Source of the DNA: Lachnospiraceae bacterium
GTDB taxonomy: Bacteria > Bacillota > Clostridia > Lachnospirales > Lachnospiraceae
Assembly (NCBI GenBank): GCA_029098105.1
Contig: JAQXNR010000033.1
Location: forward strand, 1 to 48,468
Length of the DNA stretch: 48,468 bases
Direction: 5' to 3'
The notes beneath the pieces are model-generated. The model was not told the origin of the DNA and searched no databases. It saw only the letters and a list, made by a program, of their open reading frames with translations. Positions 1-8,419 of the stretch are shown piece after piece. Each line of letters starts with the position of its first letter. Positions within the stretch are counted from its first letter, which is position 1. A program made the position numbers and the translations under genes.

Positions 1-1065
1 ATTTTTAATGACATTCTCTGTAATTCTTCTTCCAAAACAATTTACATCTTCTTTTCTGCGGAAAGTGGACAACATCGCCAGAAACAGTACTGCAATCGTA
101 GTCATCTTCATTCCCCCCGCAGTAGAACCCGGCGCCCCACCAATCAGCATGAGAACAATGGTCATCAACTGCCCCGGCTCACTCACCAAAGACAAATCCA
201 CACTGTTAAATCCCGCCGTTCTCGGTGCCACTGCCTGGAATAAAGAACTCCATATTTTTTCTTTTGCAGTCATATTTCCCCAGTTCGGCATGGAAAATTC
301 ATAAAAATAGTAAAAACAGATGGGAAAGACCAACAATACAACTGTCGTAAATAAAATTACTTTACTCTGCATACGGTATTTGCGGATATGCACTCCATGG
401 TGCTTAATATCTTCCCATGTCAGAAATCCGATTCCCCCGATTATGATTAAAGCCATAATCACAACATTAATAAGCGGATTGCTGGAATAATCAGTCAGAG
501 AGGAACAGGGACTTTTGACTCCCATTAAATCAAAACCGGCATTACAAAAGGCGGACACCGAATGAAATACTGCATACCAGCAACCTTTCCACGGTCCAAA
601 TTCCCGGCAGAATACAGGCATCATGAGAAGTGCTCCAATCAACTCTACCAGAACAGTAATTTTTATAATAAAGCCGGTGAGACGGACAATCCCACCTACA
701 TTTTGCGCCGATATCGCTTCCTGCATGGTACTTCTCTGCATCAGTCCGATTTTTTTGCCGGAAATGGCAGTAATCGCCACCGCCACGGTAATGACTCCCA
801 TTCCTCCAATCTGAATGAGAAGTAAAATGACAATCTGTCCAAAAATCGACCAGTGAGTCGCCGTGTCATAGACTACCAGTCCGGTTACACAAGTGGCAGA
901 AACCGATGTGAACAGGGCATCCAGGAAACTGGTCCCACCGCTCTCCCGGGTCGCACAGGGCAACATCAATAAAAAACTTCCCAGCAATATAACTGCCAAA
1001 AATCCCAGAATAATAATCTGTGAAGAGGAGATATGTTGTCTTCTACGCCAAAGATTTTTAATCAT
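1..1065 (-). CDS. trkH: TrkH/KtrB family potassium uptake membrane protein (3' part runs off the window)
   Basis: Not in the ORF track because it has no stop in the window. Manual translation from ATG 1065 (RBS AGAAGGA) gives MIKNLWRRRQHISSSQIIILGFLAVILLGSFLLMLP...FLDALFTSVSATCVTGLVVYDTATHWSIFGQ...RTAGF, with the characteristic TrkH/KtrB pore-loop motifs. Confidence 0.93.
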   Translation of the reverse strand, partial: MIKNLWRRRQHISSSQIIILGFLAVILLGSFLLMLPCATRESGGTSFLDALFTSVSATCVTGLVVYDTATHWSIFGQIVILLLIQIGGMGVITVAVAITAISGKKIGLMQRSTMQEAISAQNVGGIVRLTGFIIKITVLVELIGALLMMPVFCREFGPWKGCWYAVFHSVSAFCNAGFDLMGVKSPCSSLTDYSSNPLINVVIMALIIIGGIGFLTWEDIKHHGVHIRKYRMQSKVILFTTVVLLVFPICFYYFYEFSMPNWGNMTAKEKIWSSLFQAVAPRTAGFNSVDLSLVSEPGQLMTIVLMLIGGAPGSTAGGMKMTTIAVLFLAMLSTFRRKEDVNCFGRRITENVIKN

Positions 1066-1145
1066 ATTTTTATCCTTCTTTCCTTTGTCGCCCTTATTAT
1101 ATCCCATATCCATAAATTTGTAAAACTGGTATTCCTTTCTTCGAT

Positions 1146-2885
1146 TTATGTAGTTGGCAGACTGTCCTGTACGCACAATGCACCCCAGCCTGCTGCCGAA
1201 TTGGGCCATTCGGAAAAGCCCGGCAATTTTCTTGCTCCCCGGAGTAAATAGGCTTTCACTTTTTCTCCATAAAGGTAGGGGTCATTTCCTTTTACAATCC
1301 CCCATTCCATTAAAAGTGCCGCTGCTCCCGTGACAAAAGGGGTGGCAATAGAAGTTCCGCTTTTCACCGTATATCCCCCTCCCGGTGCACAGGAAGTCAC
1401 ATCCACTCCCGGCGCTACCAAATCCGGTTTGACATCCAGCAGTCTCGTATATCCTCTGCCGGAAAAGGCTGCCATGGCATCGGTTGCGCTGTCATACGCC
1501 CCGACAGATATTGCGTTGGCAGTAGAGGAGGGAATGGTCAGACTGCCATCTACATCAGAGAGCAAAAACCGGGTCCGGGGTTGCGTCGCTGTGCTTACCG
1601 GCAGCCAGAAATCATAACGCCCATCTACAATGCGCAGGGGATTTAAAAGAATTCTCCACTCCCCCTCCGGCAAAAAAGTACCCTGGGGTATCATGTCAAT
1701 AAAAATAACCTGCGCCTGCTGGTAAGGTTTGGGTAAATCATAGTAAATATTCAGTTCCCCATTGCGTACCTGGTATCTCTGTACCCCCAGCGTCCGTTGC
1801 AACGGACCCACTAAAGAACCATCCGGTGTCATAATGGAAATCTCAAAATCATCCACATAATTTTTCCAAAGTTGCAGACTGACCGCCCCTTCGTTGGGGG
1901 CAATGGAAAAGGGAACAACAGTAGATATACCATTTTGAAGAAACCCCAGGGAATGCTTTGACGTATCCCCCTCATTTCCCATTCCGATACATATGGTTCC
2001 AAAGGTTCCGTTAATTGCCTGGTCAATATAGGTTTCTACCAGAGAATTCCCATCGTGGGAGCCATAATTATTTCCAAAACTTAAATTAATAGAAATGGGA
2101 ACACGTCTCGAAATGGCATACCGGACTACATAGTCCACAGCAGTCATCAGTTCCGTTGTCCGGGGAAAACTTCCCTGTCGGGGCGGTCCCAACTTTACCA
2201 CCAACAATTCAGACCGGGGTGCCACACCGCTGTTCCTTCCTCGGGATGCTCTCCCATTTCCCGCTGCCACACCCGCTACAAAGGTTCCATGCCCACTTAA
2301 ATCCACCTCCGGCACAATCGCTAGTTGCTCGCTGACACGGGTTTGTAAAAGTGCCTCGTCAATCTGTTCCCGGGAATATTCCACCCCTCTTGCGTAGCCG
2401 GCAGGAGGTTCTCCCCCTGTGGCTGACTGGTCCCACAGTGCGAGAATCCGGGTACTGCCATCCTCGTTGCGAAAATCAGGGTGAGCGTAGTCAATACCCG
2501 AATCGATTACCGCCACTACAATTCCCTGCCCCGACAAATCGTAATCCGGCAAGTAAAGACGGTTAATACAGGAAACCCGTTTTTCTTCCTGGACATTCAA
2601 AAATACATTATTGGGCTTTTCTACATAAATAATCTCCTTGTGTTCAATCAATCCATCAATAAACTGTTCCTTGATTACGACTATGGCATACCCTCCCAAC
2701 AATTCTGTAACCGTTGCCCCATAAACACTTTGTAAAAATGAAATATCCCCCAAATAGCGAATAATCAACTCCCATTCCCGGGTTTCCGGGTTATAGCCCA
2801 CTGCCAGATTCTCACTGCGCTCCCGCTCAACTGAGGAAGTTTCCAGCGCCAGATTTAATTCTGCATTTAATTTTTGCGACTGCAT
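1146..2885 (-). CDS. S8 subtilisin-like peptidase, clostridial Csp (spore germination protease)-like
   Basis: Catalytic triad motifs IDSG, GHGT and GTS are intact, with a central insert typical of Csp proteins. Start placed at MQSQKL (2885) because the 61-aa upstream extension in the track is AT-rich intergenic-looking sequence. Confidence 0.88.
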   Translation of the reverse strand: MQSQKLNAELNLALETSSVERERSENLAVGYNPETREWELIIRYLGDISFLQSVYGATVTELLGGYAIVVIKEQFIDGLIEHKEIIYVEKPNNVFLNVQEEKRVSCINRLYLPDYDLSGQGIVVAVIDSGIDYAHPDFRNEDGSTRILALWDQSATGGEPPAGYARGVEYSREQIDEALLQTRVSEQLAIVPEVDLSGHGTFVAGVAAGNGRASRGRNSGVAPRSELLVVKLGPPRQGSFPRTTELMTAVDYVVRYAISRRVPISINLSFGNNYGSHDGNSLVETYIDQAINGTFGTICIGMGNEGDTSKHSLGFLQNGISTVVPFSIAPNEGAVSLQLWKNYVDDFEISIMTPDGSLVGPLQRTLGVQRYQVRNGELNIYYDLPKPYQQAQVIFIDMIPQGTFLPEGEWRILLNPLRIVDGRYDFWLPVSTATQPRTRFLLSDVDGSLTIPSSTANAISVGAYDSATDAMAAFSGRGYTRLLDVKPDLVAPGVDVTSCAPGGGYTVKSGTSIATPFVTGAAALLMEWGIVKGNDPYLYGEKVKAYLLRGARKLPGFSEWPNSAAGWGALCVQDSLPTT

Positions 2886-3107
2886 AACAAAAAAATCCTT
2901 TTCTTTGCTCTCTATTATTATATCTGGATATTTTAAAATATAGTATTTGGAATTTACAAAACATTGGAAAATTTCATCATATATATTTGATTGTTCCCGA
3001 ATTTGTGTTAGAATAAATAAGATTTTGCAAAAATCACATTGCGGTTTTATGAGAAGTATCTGCATCATACTATTTTATAACCGCTGTTTTTTAAGGAGGA
3101 TTTCATC

Positions 3108-3941
3108 ATGACACTTGATTTTATGGAAATATGCAAGGTAATCTTTCTCGGCATTGTAGAGGGCATTACCGAATGGCTTCCCATCAGCAGTACCGGGCAC
3201 ATGCTTTTAGTGGACGAATTTCTGCAGTTGAACAATACGGATGCTTTTAAGGAGATGTTCTTCGTTGTCATCCAGTTGGGAGCGATTCTCGCTGTTGTCA
3301 TTCTGTTCTGGAATAAAATGTGGCCTTTTCAGTGGAAAGACAAAAGCCAGCCGGTAATCAAAAAAGACATTTTCTCTATGTGGTTCAAAGTAGTCGTCGC
3401 CTGCATCCCTGGTGCCGTTGTAACATTACTCTTTGACGACTTTATAGAGGCACATCTTCACACCCCGGCTGTAATCGCTCTGGCACTGATTATTTACGGA
3501 ATTGCCTTTATTGTGATTGAAAACACTAATAAAAAACGGACTCCCACCATCCCGGATTTGTCTGATTTCACCTACAAAACCGCATTGCTCATCGGACTGT
3601 TCCAGGTGCTGTCTATCATTCCCGGAACTTCCCGTTCTGGTGCTACCATTATAGGCGCCCTGCTCATTGGCGTTTCTCGTGTAGCGGCAGCGGAATTCAC
3701 CTTTTTCCTGGCGGTTCCCGTTATGTTTGGACTGAGTGCGATTAAACTCTTGAAATTTGGTTTTTCCTTTTCCAGCGAAGAACTCATTGTTCTGCTACTA
3801 GGTTGTATTGTTGCTTTTGTAGTTTCTCTTCTGGTCATTAAGTTTTTAATGCACTACATTAAAAAACACGACTTCAAAGTATTTGGCTGGTATCGGATTG
3901 CCTTGGGAATCATTGTACTTCTTTATTTTGCAATCGCATAA
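3108..3941 (+). CDS. uppP: Undecaprenyl-diphosphate phosphatase (BacA/UppP)
   Basis: [14 protein letters not shown] and PGTSRSG motifs; RBS AAGGAGG. Confidence 0.97.
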   Translation: MTLDFMEICKVIFLGIVEGITEWLPISSTGHMLLVDEFLQLNNTDAFKEMFFVVIQLGAILAVVILFWNKMWPFQWKDKSQPVIKKDIFSMWFKVVVACIPGAVVTLLFDDFIEAHLHTPAVIALALIIYGIAFIVIENTNKKRTPTIPDLSDFTYKTALLIGLFQVLSIIPGTSRSGATIIGALLIGVSRVAAAEFTFFLAVPVMFGLSAIKLLKFGFSFSSEELIVLLLGCIVAFVVSLLVIKFLMHYIKKHDFKVFGWYRIALGIIVLLYFAIA

Positions 3942-3978
3942 AAAATCCGCCGGAGGTTACAACCTTCCGGCGGATTTT
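3942..3978. terminator. Bidirectional intrinsic terminator between uppP and the MCP gene
   Basis: AAAATCCGCCGGA...TCCGGCGGATTTT stem with A and T tails, between convergent genes. Confidence 0.9.
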
Positions 3979-3980
3979 GT

Positions 3981-5720
3981 TTATAACAATTTAAACTTCT
4001 GAATGCTGTCATCCAAATCCTGTGACAGCGTAATCAACTGCCGGGTTTCTTCCTGGCATGTCTCTATAATCGTGTTAAACTCCGACATTGACGCCGCTGT
4101 CTGCTGTGTTGCAGCCGCATTTTCCTCGGCAATCGCCGCCAGTTGGTTCACACTGGTAAGAACCGCTTGCTTAATCTCATCCAGCACTTCCTTCTGTCCA
4201 TAAATACTGGAAACGGAATCAGTGACAGAATCAATCTCTTCATTCAAGGAAGTGAACATCTGCTGCGTCTCTCCCAGTTTCAAATTCTGCTGTCCCACTA
4301 CTTCTGCCATACTGTTCATCGTTTGCACACTGGTGTTAGAATTACTGATGAGTTGAGCCACAATCGAAGAAATCTCTGCTGCTGCCGCTCCGGACTGCTC
4401 TGACAACTTGCGAATCTCCTCTGCCACAACCGCAAAGCCTTTTCCGTTCTCTCCTGCTCTTGCTGCCTCAATGCTGGCATTCAGAGAGAGCAGATTCGTC
4501 TGTCCCGCAATCTCTGTAATCAACTGGGTAGCCGTCTGAATGTCCTGTGCCGAATCATTGGTCAACTCCGTCTGTCTTTTCACCTCATCCACCCACTGGC
4601 TGGTTTCTGCGTTAATCTGTGTCAATTCAGTAAAGGTACTCTCTGCCGTCTCACTCAAGTGCTTCATTCTCTCGGAATTATGACTTAACTGTCCAATCTC
4701 CTGGGTGGTCCTTCCAATCGCCTCTCCCATACGAGTCACCTGCCCATTGGTCTCCATCGCCTCACTGGCCTGGGCAGTAGCACCATTGGCAATCTCATCC
4801 ACTGCAATGTTCACACCATTAATATTCTCTACAATAGAAACAAAGGAATCTCCAAATTTGTCACATGAATCCCCCAGAGTAGACGATGTGTGCTTGATGT
4901 GTGCCAGCATATCCCGGAAAGAATTCACAAGAGTTTGTACTGCCCTCGCCATCTCTCCTATCTCATCGGAACGCTGTACAATGTGTCCCTCAAATTCAAT
5001 ATTCAGATTTCCCTCTGCCACTTGGTCCAACTTGTTAATATTATGCTTCAGTACCTTTATAATCCGCATCAGCACAATACTCGCTACAAGCATTGCCAGA
5101 ATCAAGATTACTCCGTCGGCCACAATCACAGAAACCACACTGCTCTTAATCGCCTCATTCACATCTGCTAAAGACTTACCACAAAAATACATTCCCACAA
5201 CTTCCCCGGAACTATTTTCCATTGGAATATAATACCCGCAATATTTCTGTCCTGCAATTATAACAGATTTTAAAAATAAGTCTTCGCCTCCCAATACCTT
5301 GTCCGCATAGTTCCGGTCCAGTGTCGTCCCAATAGCACGGTTCCCCTTGGCGTCCATGACCGTAGTCATCACCCGGGTGTCCCCATAAAACAAAGTAATC
5401 TCGGCACTAGTATTGGCTTTCATATTGTCAATCAGTTCCATGTCTTCATTTATGACTGTTCCACCCTTTTTCAGAACCCCATCCTCGTAACTGAAGTCTC
5501 CAGCGTAATTAGTGTCATACAGCAGACGGGTATTTTCTACAATTCCCTTCAATTCTTCTTCAAACAACTGAAATGCCAGTTTGCGTTCATTCTTTGCTCC
5601 CATAATACCGGAAACAGAACCCACTGCCAATAAAGGAATCAGCAAAACCATTAAAATCTTGGCGGTAATATGTAATCCCTTTTTCTGCAGTTCCCTTATC
5701 TCTTCTTCATTTTTTCCCAT
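3981..5720 (-). CDS. Methyl-accepting chemotaxis protein (Cache sensor domain, HAMP, MCP signal domain)
   Basis: TM-Cache-TM-HAMP layout and [36 protein letters not shown]. Start at 5720 chosen from the RBS GGGAGG and the promoter position. Confidence 0.95.
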   Translation of the reverse strand: MGKNEEEIRELQKKGLHITAKILMVLLIPLLAVGSVSGIMGAKNERKLAFQLFEEELKGIVENTRLLYDTNYAGDFSYEDGVLKKGGTVINEDMELIDNMKANTSAEITLFYGDTRVMTTVMDAKGNRAIGTTLDRNYADKVLGGEDLFLKSVIIAGQKYCGYYIPMENSSGEVVGMYFCGKSLADVNEAIKSSVVSVIVADGVILILAMLVASIVLMRIIKVLKHNINKLDQVAEGNLNIEFEGHIVQRSDEIGEMARAVQTLVNSFRDMLAHIKHTSSTLGDSCDKFGDSFVSIVENINGVNIAVDEIANGATAQASEAMETNGQVTRMGEAIGRTTQEIGQLSHNSERMKHLSETAESTFTELTQINAETSQWVDEVKRQTELTNDSAQDIQTATQLITEIAGQTNLLSLNASIEAARAGENGKGFAVVAEEIRKLSEQSGAAAAEISSIVAQLISNSNTSVQTMNSMAEVVGQQNLKLGETQQMFTSLNEEIDSVTDSVSSIYGQKEVLDEIKQAVLTSVNQLAAIAEENAAATQQTAASMSEFNTIIETCQEETRQLITLSQDLDDSIQKFKLL

Positions 5721-5747
5721 AAAAATACCTCCCATCCTTTTGGTCAT

Positions 5748-5776
5748 ATTGTACCATTTTAACGAATGAAAGGCAA
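5748..5776 (-). promoter_or_regulatory. Sigma-A promoter of the MCP gene
   Basis: TTGCCT-17 nt-TACAAT with an extended TG. Confidence 0.6.
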
Positions 5777-5798
5777 GTTATTATGCAATTTATACAAA

Positions 5799-5830
5799 AA
5801 AATAATTGTGACATAAATCACAATTATTTT
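5799..5830. promoter_or_regulatory. TTGTGA-N6-TCACAA palindrome (Rex- or Crp/Fnr-type operator; could also be a weak trxA terminator)
   Basis: AAAATAATTGTGA-CATAAA-TCACAATTATTTT, perfect 13-bp arms. Confidence 0.5.
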
Positions 5831-5838
5831 TCATTCCA

Positions 5839-6150
5839 CTATACATTTAATAATTTCAAAATTTCCTGTTTGGATTTGACTCCGCTTTCACAGAATACAA
5901 CCTTTCCGTTTTTCATTACCACTAATGTGGGAATCGACATAATCTGGAACTGGGCTGCCAGTTCCTCCTGCTCATCCACATTGATTTTGCAGATTTTGGC
6001 ACTGGTCACTTCCTCTGCCAATTCCTCAATCACAGGCATAAGCATCTGACAAGGCCCGCACCAGGATGCCCAAAAGTCCAACAGAACCGGCTTGTCCGAT
6101 TGCAGTACCTCCTTGTCAAAATTCTCCTTCGTTATGTGTAATGCTGCCAT
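5839..6150 (-). CDS. trxA: Thioredoxin
   Basis: WCGPC active site, 103 aa, RBS AGGAGG. Confidence 0.98.
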   Translation of the reverse strand: MAALHITKENFDKEVLQSDKPVLLDFWASWCGPCQMLMPVIEELAEEVTSAKICKINVDEQEELAAQFQIMSIPTLVVMKNGKVVFCESGVKSKQEILKLLNV

Positions 6151-6236
6151 TTCTAGTACCTCCTTTAATATTTTAAACTTGCCTTTTCGGCAATTTGTGC
6201 TACCATAAATAAAAATTGCAAAAAGGAGCAGAACTC

Positions 6237-6848
6237 ATGAAAATTAAAATTTGCGGATTGACCACGATTTTAGAAACCACCTATGTGAACGAAAGCCAGG
6301 CTGATTTTGCCGGAATGGTACTTTTTTTCCCAAAAAGCAAACGTAACATCACTATTTCCCAGGCCCGGATTCTCATAGAGCATTTGAACCCTGAGATTCA
6401 AAAGGTAGCTGTCGTGGTGTCCCCAACTTTGAGTCAAATCCGTACGATTGAAGAGGCTGGATTCGATTATATTCAAATTCATGGAGAACTTCCCCTTGAC
6501 TTACTGGAGCAAATTCATCTTCCTGTGCTCAAAGCCTTTAATGTAAGCGACATGAACCGTTATGAGGAATACCGCTCTTTTTCTCAAGTTGCAGGATACG
6601 TCTGGGATGCCCAGGAACCCGGAAGTGGTAAAGTGTTTGACTGGAATCTGGCAAAATCTCTCCCCAGAGATGACAAACTCTGGCTGCTGGCAGGGGGTTT
6701 AAACCCGGACAACGTTGCCAGTGCAATAAAGGCGCTGCAACCGGATGGTGTTGATGTCTCCTCCGGTGTAGAATATGACAACGCCCCGGGAAAAGACCCG
6801 GAAAAAATCCGTCGTTTTGTAACTTCCGTGCGGGCTGTGACAGACTAA
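6237..6848 (+). CDS. trpF: Phosphoribosylanthranilate isomerase
   Basis: MKIKICGL, QIHG, LAGGLNPDNV and GVDVSSGVE motifs; ATG 6237 follows AAGGAG. Confidence 0.95.
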   Translation: MKIKICGLTTILETTYVNESQADFAGMVLFFPKSKRNITISQARILIEHLNPEIQKVAVVVSPTLSQIRTIEEAGFDYIQIHGELPLDLLEQIHLPVLKAFNVSDMNRYEEYRSFSQVAGYVWDAQEPGSGKVFDWNLAKSLPRDDKLWLLAGGLNPDNVASAIKALQPDGVDVSSGVEYDNAPGKDPEKIRRFVTSVRAVTD

Positions 6849-6918
6849 TCCATCAGGCAATTCCTTCAATCTGAATTGTCTTTGTCATTGTTTCTTCCTC
6901 CTTCTTCATTCCTGTCAC

Positions 6919-7233
6919 CTACTTCATCAATCGTTTCAACAGTTCACACAGTTCCTCTACCGCTTCCTCCCGTTCCGCTTTGATGTCTTCACAGACACAG
7001 GTCTTAATATGCCTTGCCAAAAGTTCTTTGTTAAAACTGTTCAATGCTGCCTGCACCGCTGCTACCTGAGTGAGAATATCCGGACAGTACCGATTCTCTT
7101 CTACCATCGCAGCAATTCCCCGAACCTGCCCTTCAATCCGGCTTAAACGGGTCAGAAGTGCTTTTTTCTCTCCGTCTTCCCGAACTTTATAACGAATACC
7201 TTTAGTATCTTCACTTTCACAATTACAATTCAT
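6919..7233 (-). CDS. csoR: CsoR/RcnR family metal-sensing repressor
   Basis: RLSRIEGQVRGI...YCPDILTQ...HIKTC, with the C-H-C copper ligands. Confidence 0.93.
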   Translation of the reverse strand: MNCNCESEDTKGIRYKVREDGEKKALLTRLSRIEGQVRGIAAMVEENRYCPDILTQVAAVQAALNSFNKELLARHIKTCVCEDIKAEREEAVEELCELLKRLMK

Positions 7234-7284
7234 ATTTTCTCCCTTCTTTGCCAGGTGGTCCTGTCAGGCAATCCTATTTCAATT

Positions 7285-7339
7285 TTAACATACCCCACAG
7301 GGGTATGTTAAGAATATAACAATCCTATTCGAATGTCAA
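7285..7339 (-). promoter_or_regulatory. csoR promoter and CsoR operator
   Basis: Perfect palindrome TTAACATACCCC-ACA-GGGGTATGTTAA (7285-7311) with the C/G-tract core typical of CsoR sites, immediately downstream of TTGACA-17-TATTCT (7339-7311). Confidence 0.85.
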
Positions 7340-7474
7340 GAAGATTATACTGTAACTGCCTTTGACAAAATCTCTAATCGTCCTTATATACATTCTTCTG
7401 CTATTCTTGCTTTTAGTAAAAAAAGACCAATACATCTATACTGGTCTCTTACTCCTCATCAATCTTATATTTCT

Positions 7475-7612
7475 CTAATGACAGTGTCCTCTGCACTGGC
7501 TGCAATCTGCACCACACTGCACAGATTTTCCCTTCTTCCGGTCCCGCACCATGCTGTAAATCGCTGCTACTACCGCTGCTGCTACAATGGCGCCCACAAT
7601 AAAGGTCCCCAT
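7475..7612 (-). CDS. FeoB-associated Cys-rich membrane peptide (45 aa)
   Basis: Manual translation MGTFIVGAIVAAAVVAAIYSMVRDRKKGKSVQCGADCSQCRGHCH*: one TM helix, a basic patch and a CxxxCxxCxxxC tail; RBS AAGGTGAGG. Below the ORF track cut-off. Confidence 0.9.
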   Translation of the reverse strand: MGTFIVGAIVAAAVVAAIYSMVRDRKKGKSVQCGADCSQCRGHCH

Positions 7613-7798
7613 AAACATCCTCACCTTTCCTTATATTAAACAATTAGGTATTTGCGAAAATCATATGATTTTCGCAATGGTATCATTCTCCCATCTTCTC
7701 TCCTGCAACACATGTTCAGAGAAGCCAGACAGTGGGCATACGTGATTCATCTGTCCGCCTCTCTGATTTATATGTACAAGGAGTTTACTAACTACGAT

Positions 7799-7830
7799 GT
7801 TAGTATATACTAACTACTATTAGTTGTCAA
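7799..7830 (-). promoter_or_regulatory. Sigma-A promoter overlapped by a DtxR/MntR-type operator
   Basis: TTGACA(7830-7825)-17-TATACT(7807-7802). The perfect palindrome GTTAGTATATACTAAC (7799-7814) covers the -10 box, and a DtxR-family gene is divergent. Confidence 0.8.
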
Positions 7831-7873
7831 TAACTTTTTTGAGAATTTGCTACTATTTTGTTAGGAAAAGCAA

Positions 7874-7902
7874 TTCACATCCCATAATTTCTATGTTATA
7901 CT
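7874..7902 (+). promoter_or_regulatory. Sigma-A promoter of the DtxR/MntR gene
   Basis: TTCACA-17-TATACT with an extended TG. Confidence 0.6.
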
Positions 7903-7939
7903 ATTTTAATAGACGATTTCAGACAAATGAGGTGAGAAC

Positions 7940-8329
7940 ATGAAAACGAGTGAATCCGCTGAGAATTATTTGGAAACTATACTTATATTAAGCCATCGGC
8001 TTCCGGTTGTGCGCTCCATTGACGTTGCCAACGAACTGGGCTTTAAAAAATCCAGCGTCAGCATCGCTATGAAGAATCTTCGGGAGAATGAACATATTAC
8101 TGTTACAGACGCCGGTTTTATTTACCTTACCGACTCCGGTCGCCAGATTGCGGAAATGATTTATGAACGCCACGAATTTTTGTCCAACTGGCTAATCCAA
8201 CTGGGAGTTCCTGAGGAGATTGCCACCCAGGATGCCTGCCGTATCGAACATGTCATCAGTCCCGAGAGTTTTGCCGCAATCAAAAAGATGAAAAGTCCCC
8301 TCCGGTGCGAAGCACCTACGGCGGATTGA
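7940..8329 (+). CDS. DtxR/MntR family metal-dependent transcriptional regulator
   Basis: SAENYLETI, wHTH, ERHE and DACRIEH motifs. The last ~12 aa derive from a repeat insertion. Confidence 0.95.
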   Translation: MKTSESAENYLETILILSHRLPVVRSIDVANELGFKKSSVSIAMKNLRENEHITVTDAGFIYLTDSGRQIAEMIYERHEFLSNWLIQLGVPEEIATQDACRIEHVISPESFAAIKKMKSPLRCEAPTAD

Positions 8330-8378
8330 TGGAAAGTCCCCCTCCGGTGCGAAGCACCTACGGCGGATTGATGGAAAA
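8287..8378. repeat. Tandem 41/42-bp REP-like repeat (2 units plus a partial) carrying a GGTGC-GAA-GCACC hairpin
   Basis: GATG(A/G)AAAGTCCCC(C)TCCGGTGCGAAGCACCTACGGCGGATT at 8287-8327 and 8328-8369, then GATGGAAAA. Confidence 0.95.
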
Positions 8379-8385
8379 ATAAATG

Positions 8386-8411
8386 TCCCAGCTGCGCAGT
8401 TGCAGCTGGGA
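8386..8411. terminator. Intrinsic terminator between the convergent DtxR and LysR genes
   Basis: TCCCAGCTGC-GCAGTT-GCAGCTGGGA, 10-bp stem with A/T-rich flanks. Confidence 0.8.
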
Positions 8412-8419
8412 ATTCTTTT

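Noticed and set aside
2886-3068. N-terminal extension of the S8 peptidase (likewise the extensions on the 35984, 18010 and 5747 starts)
   Set aside because: These cover AT-rich promoter regions, and better RBS/ATG pairs lie downstream.
6853-7283. TCAGGCAAT repeated on both sides of csoR as a possible cassette duplication
   Set aside because: Only 9 bp are identical, with no recombinase or IRs; chance cannot be excluded.
7449-7643. 64-aa ORF in the track
   Set aside because: It is an alternative frame overlapping the convincing 45-aa FeoB-associated peptide.
7636-7686. 16-codon ORF MIPLRKSYDFRKYLIV, possibly a leader peptide or feoA start remnant
   Set aside because: RBS spacing is poor and it is too short to support; it mostly consists of the palindrome.
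8287-8378. Possible mini CRISPR array
   Set aside because: The units are contiguous with no unique spacers, and there are no cas genes in the window.
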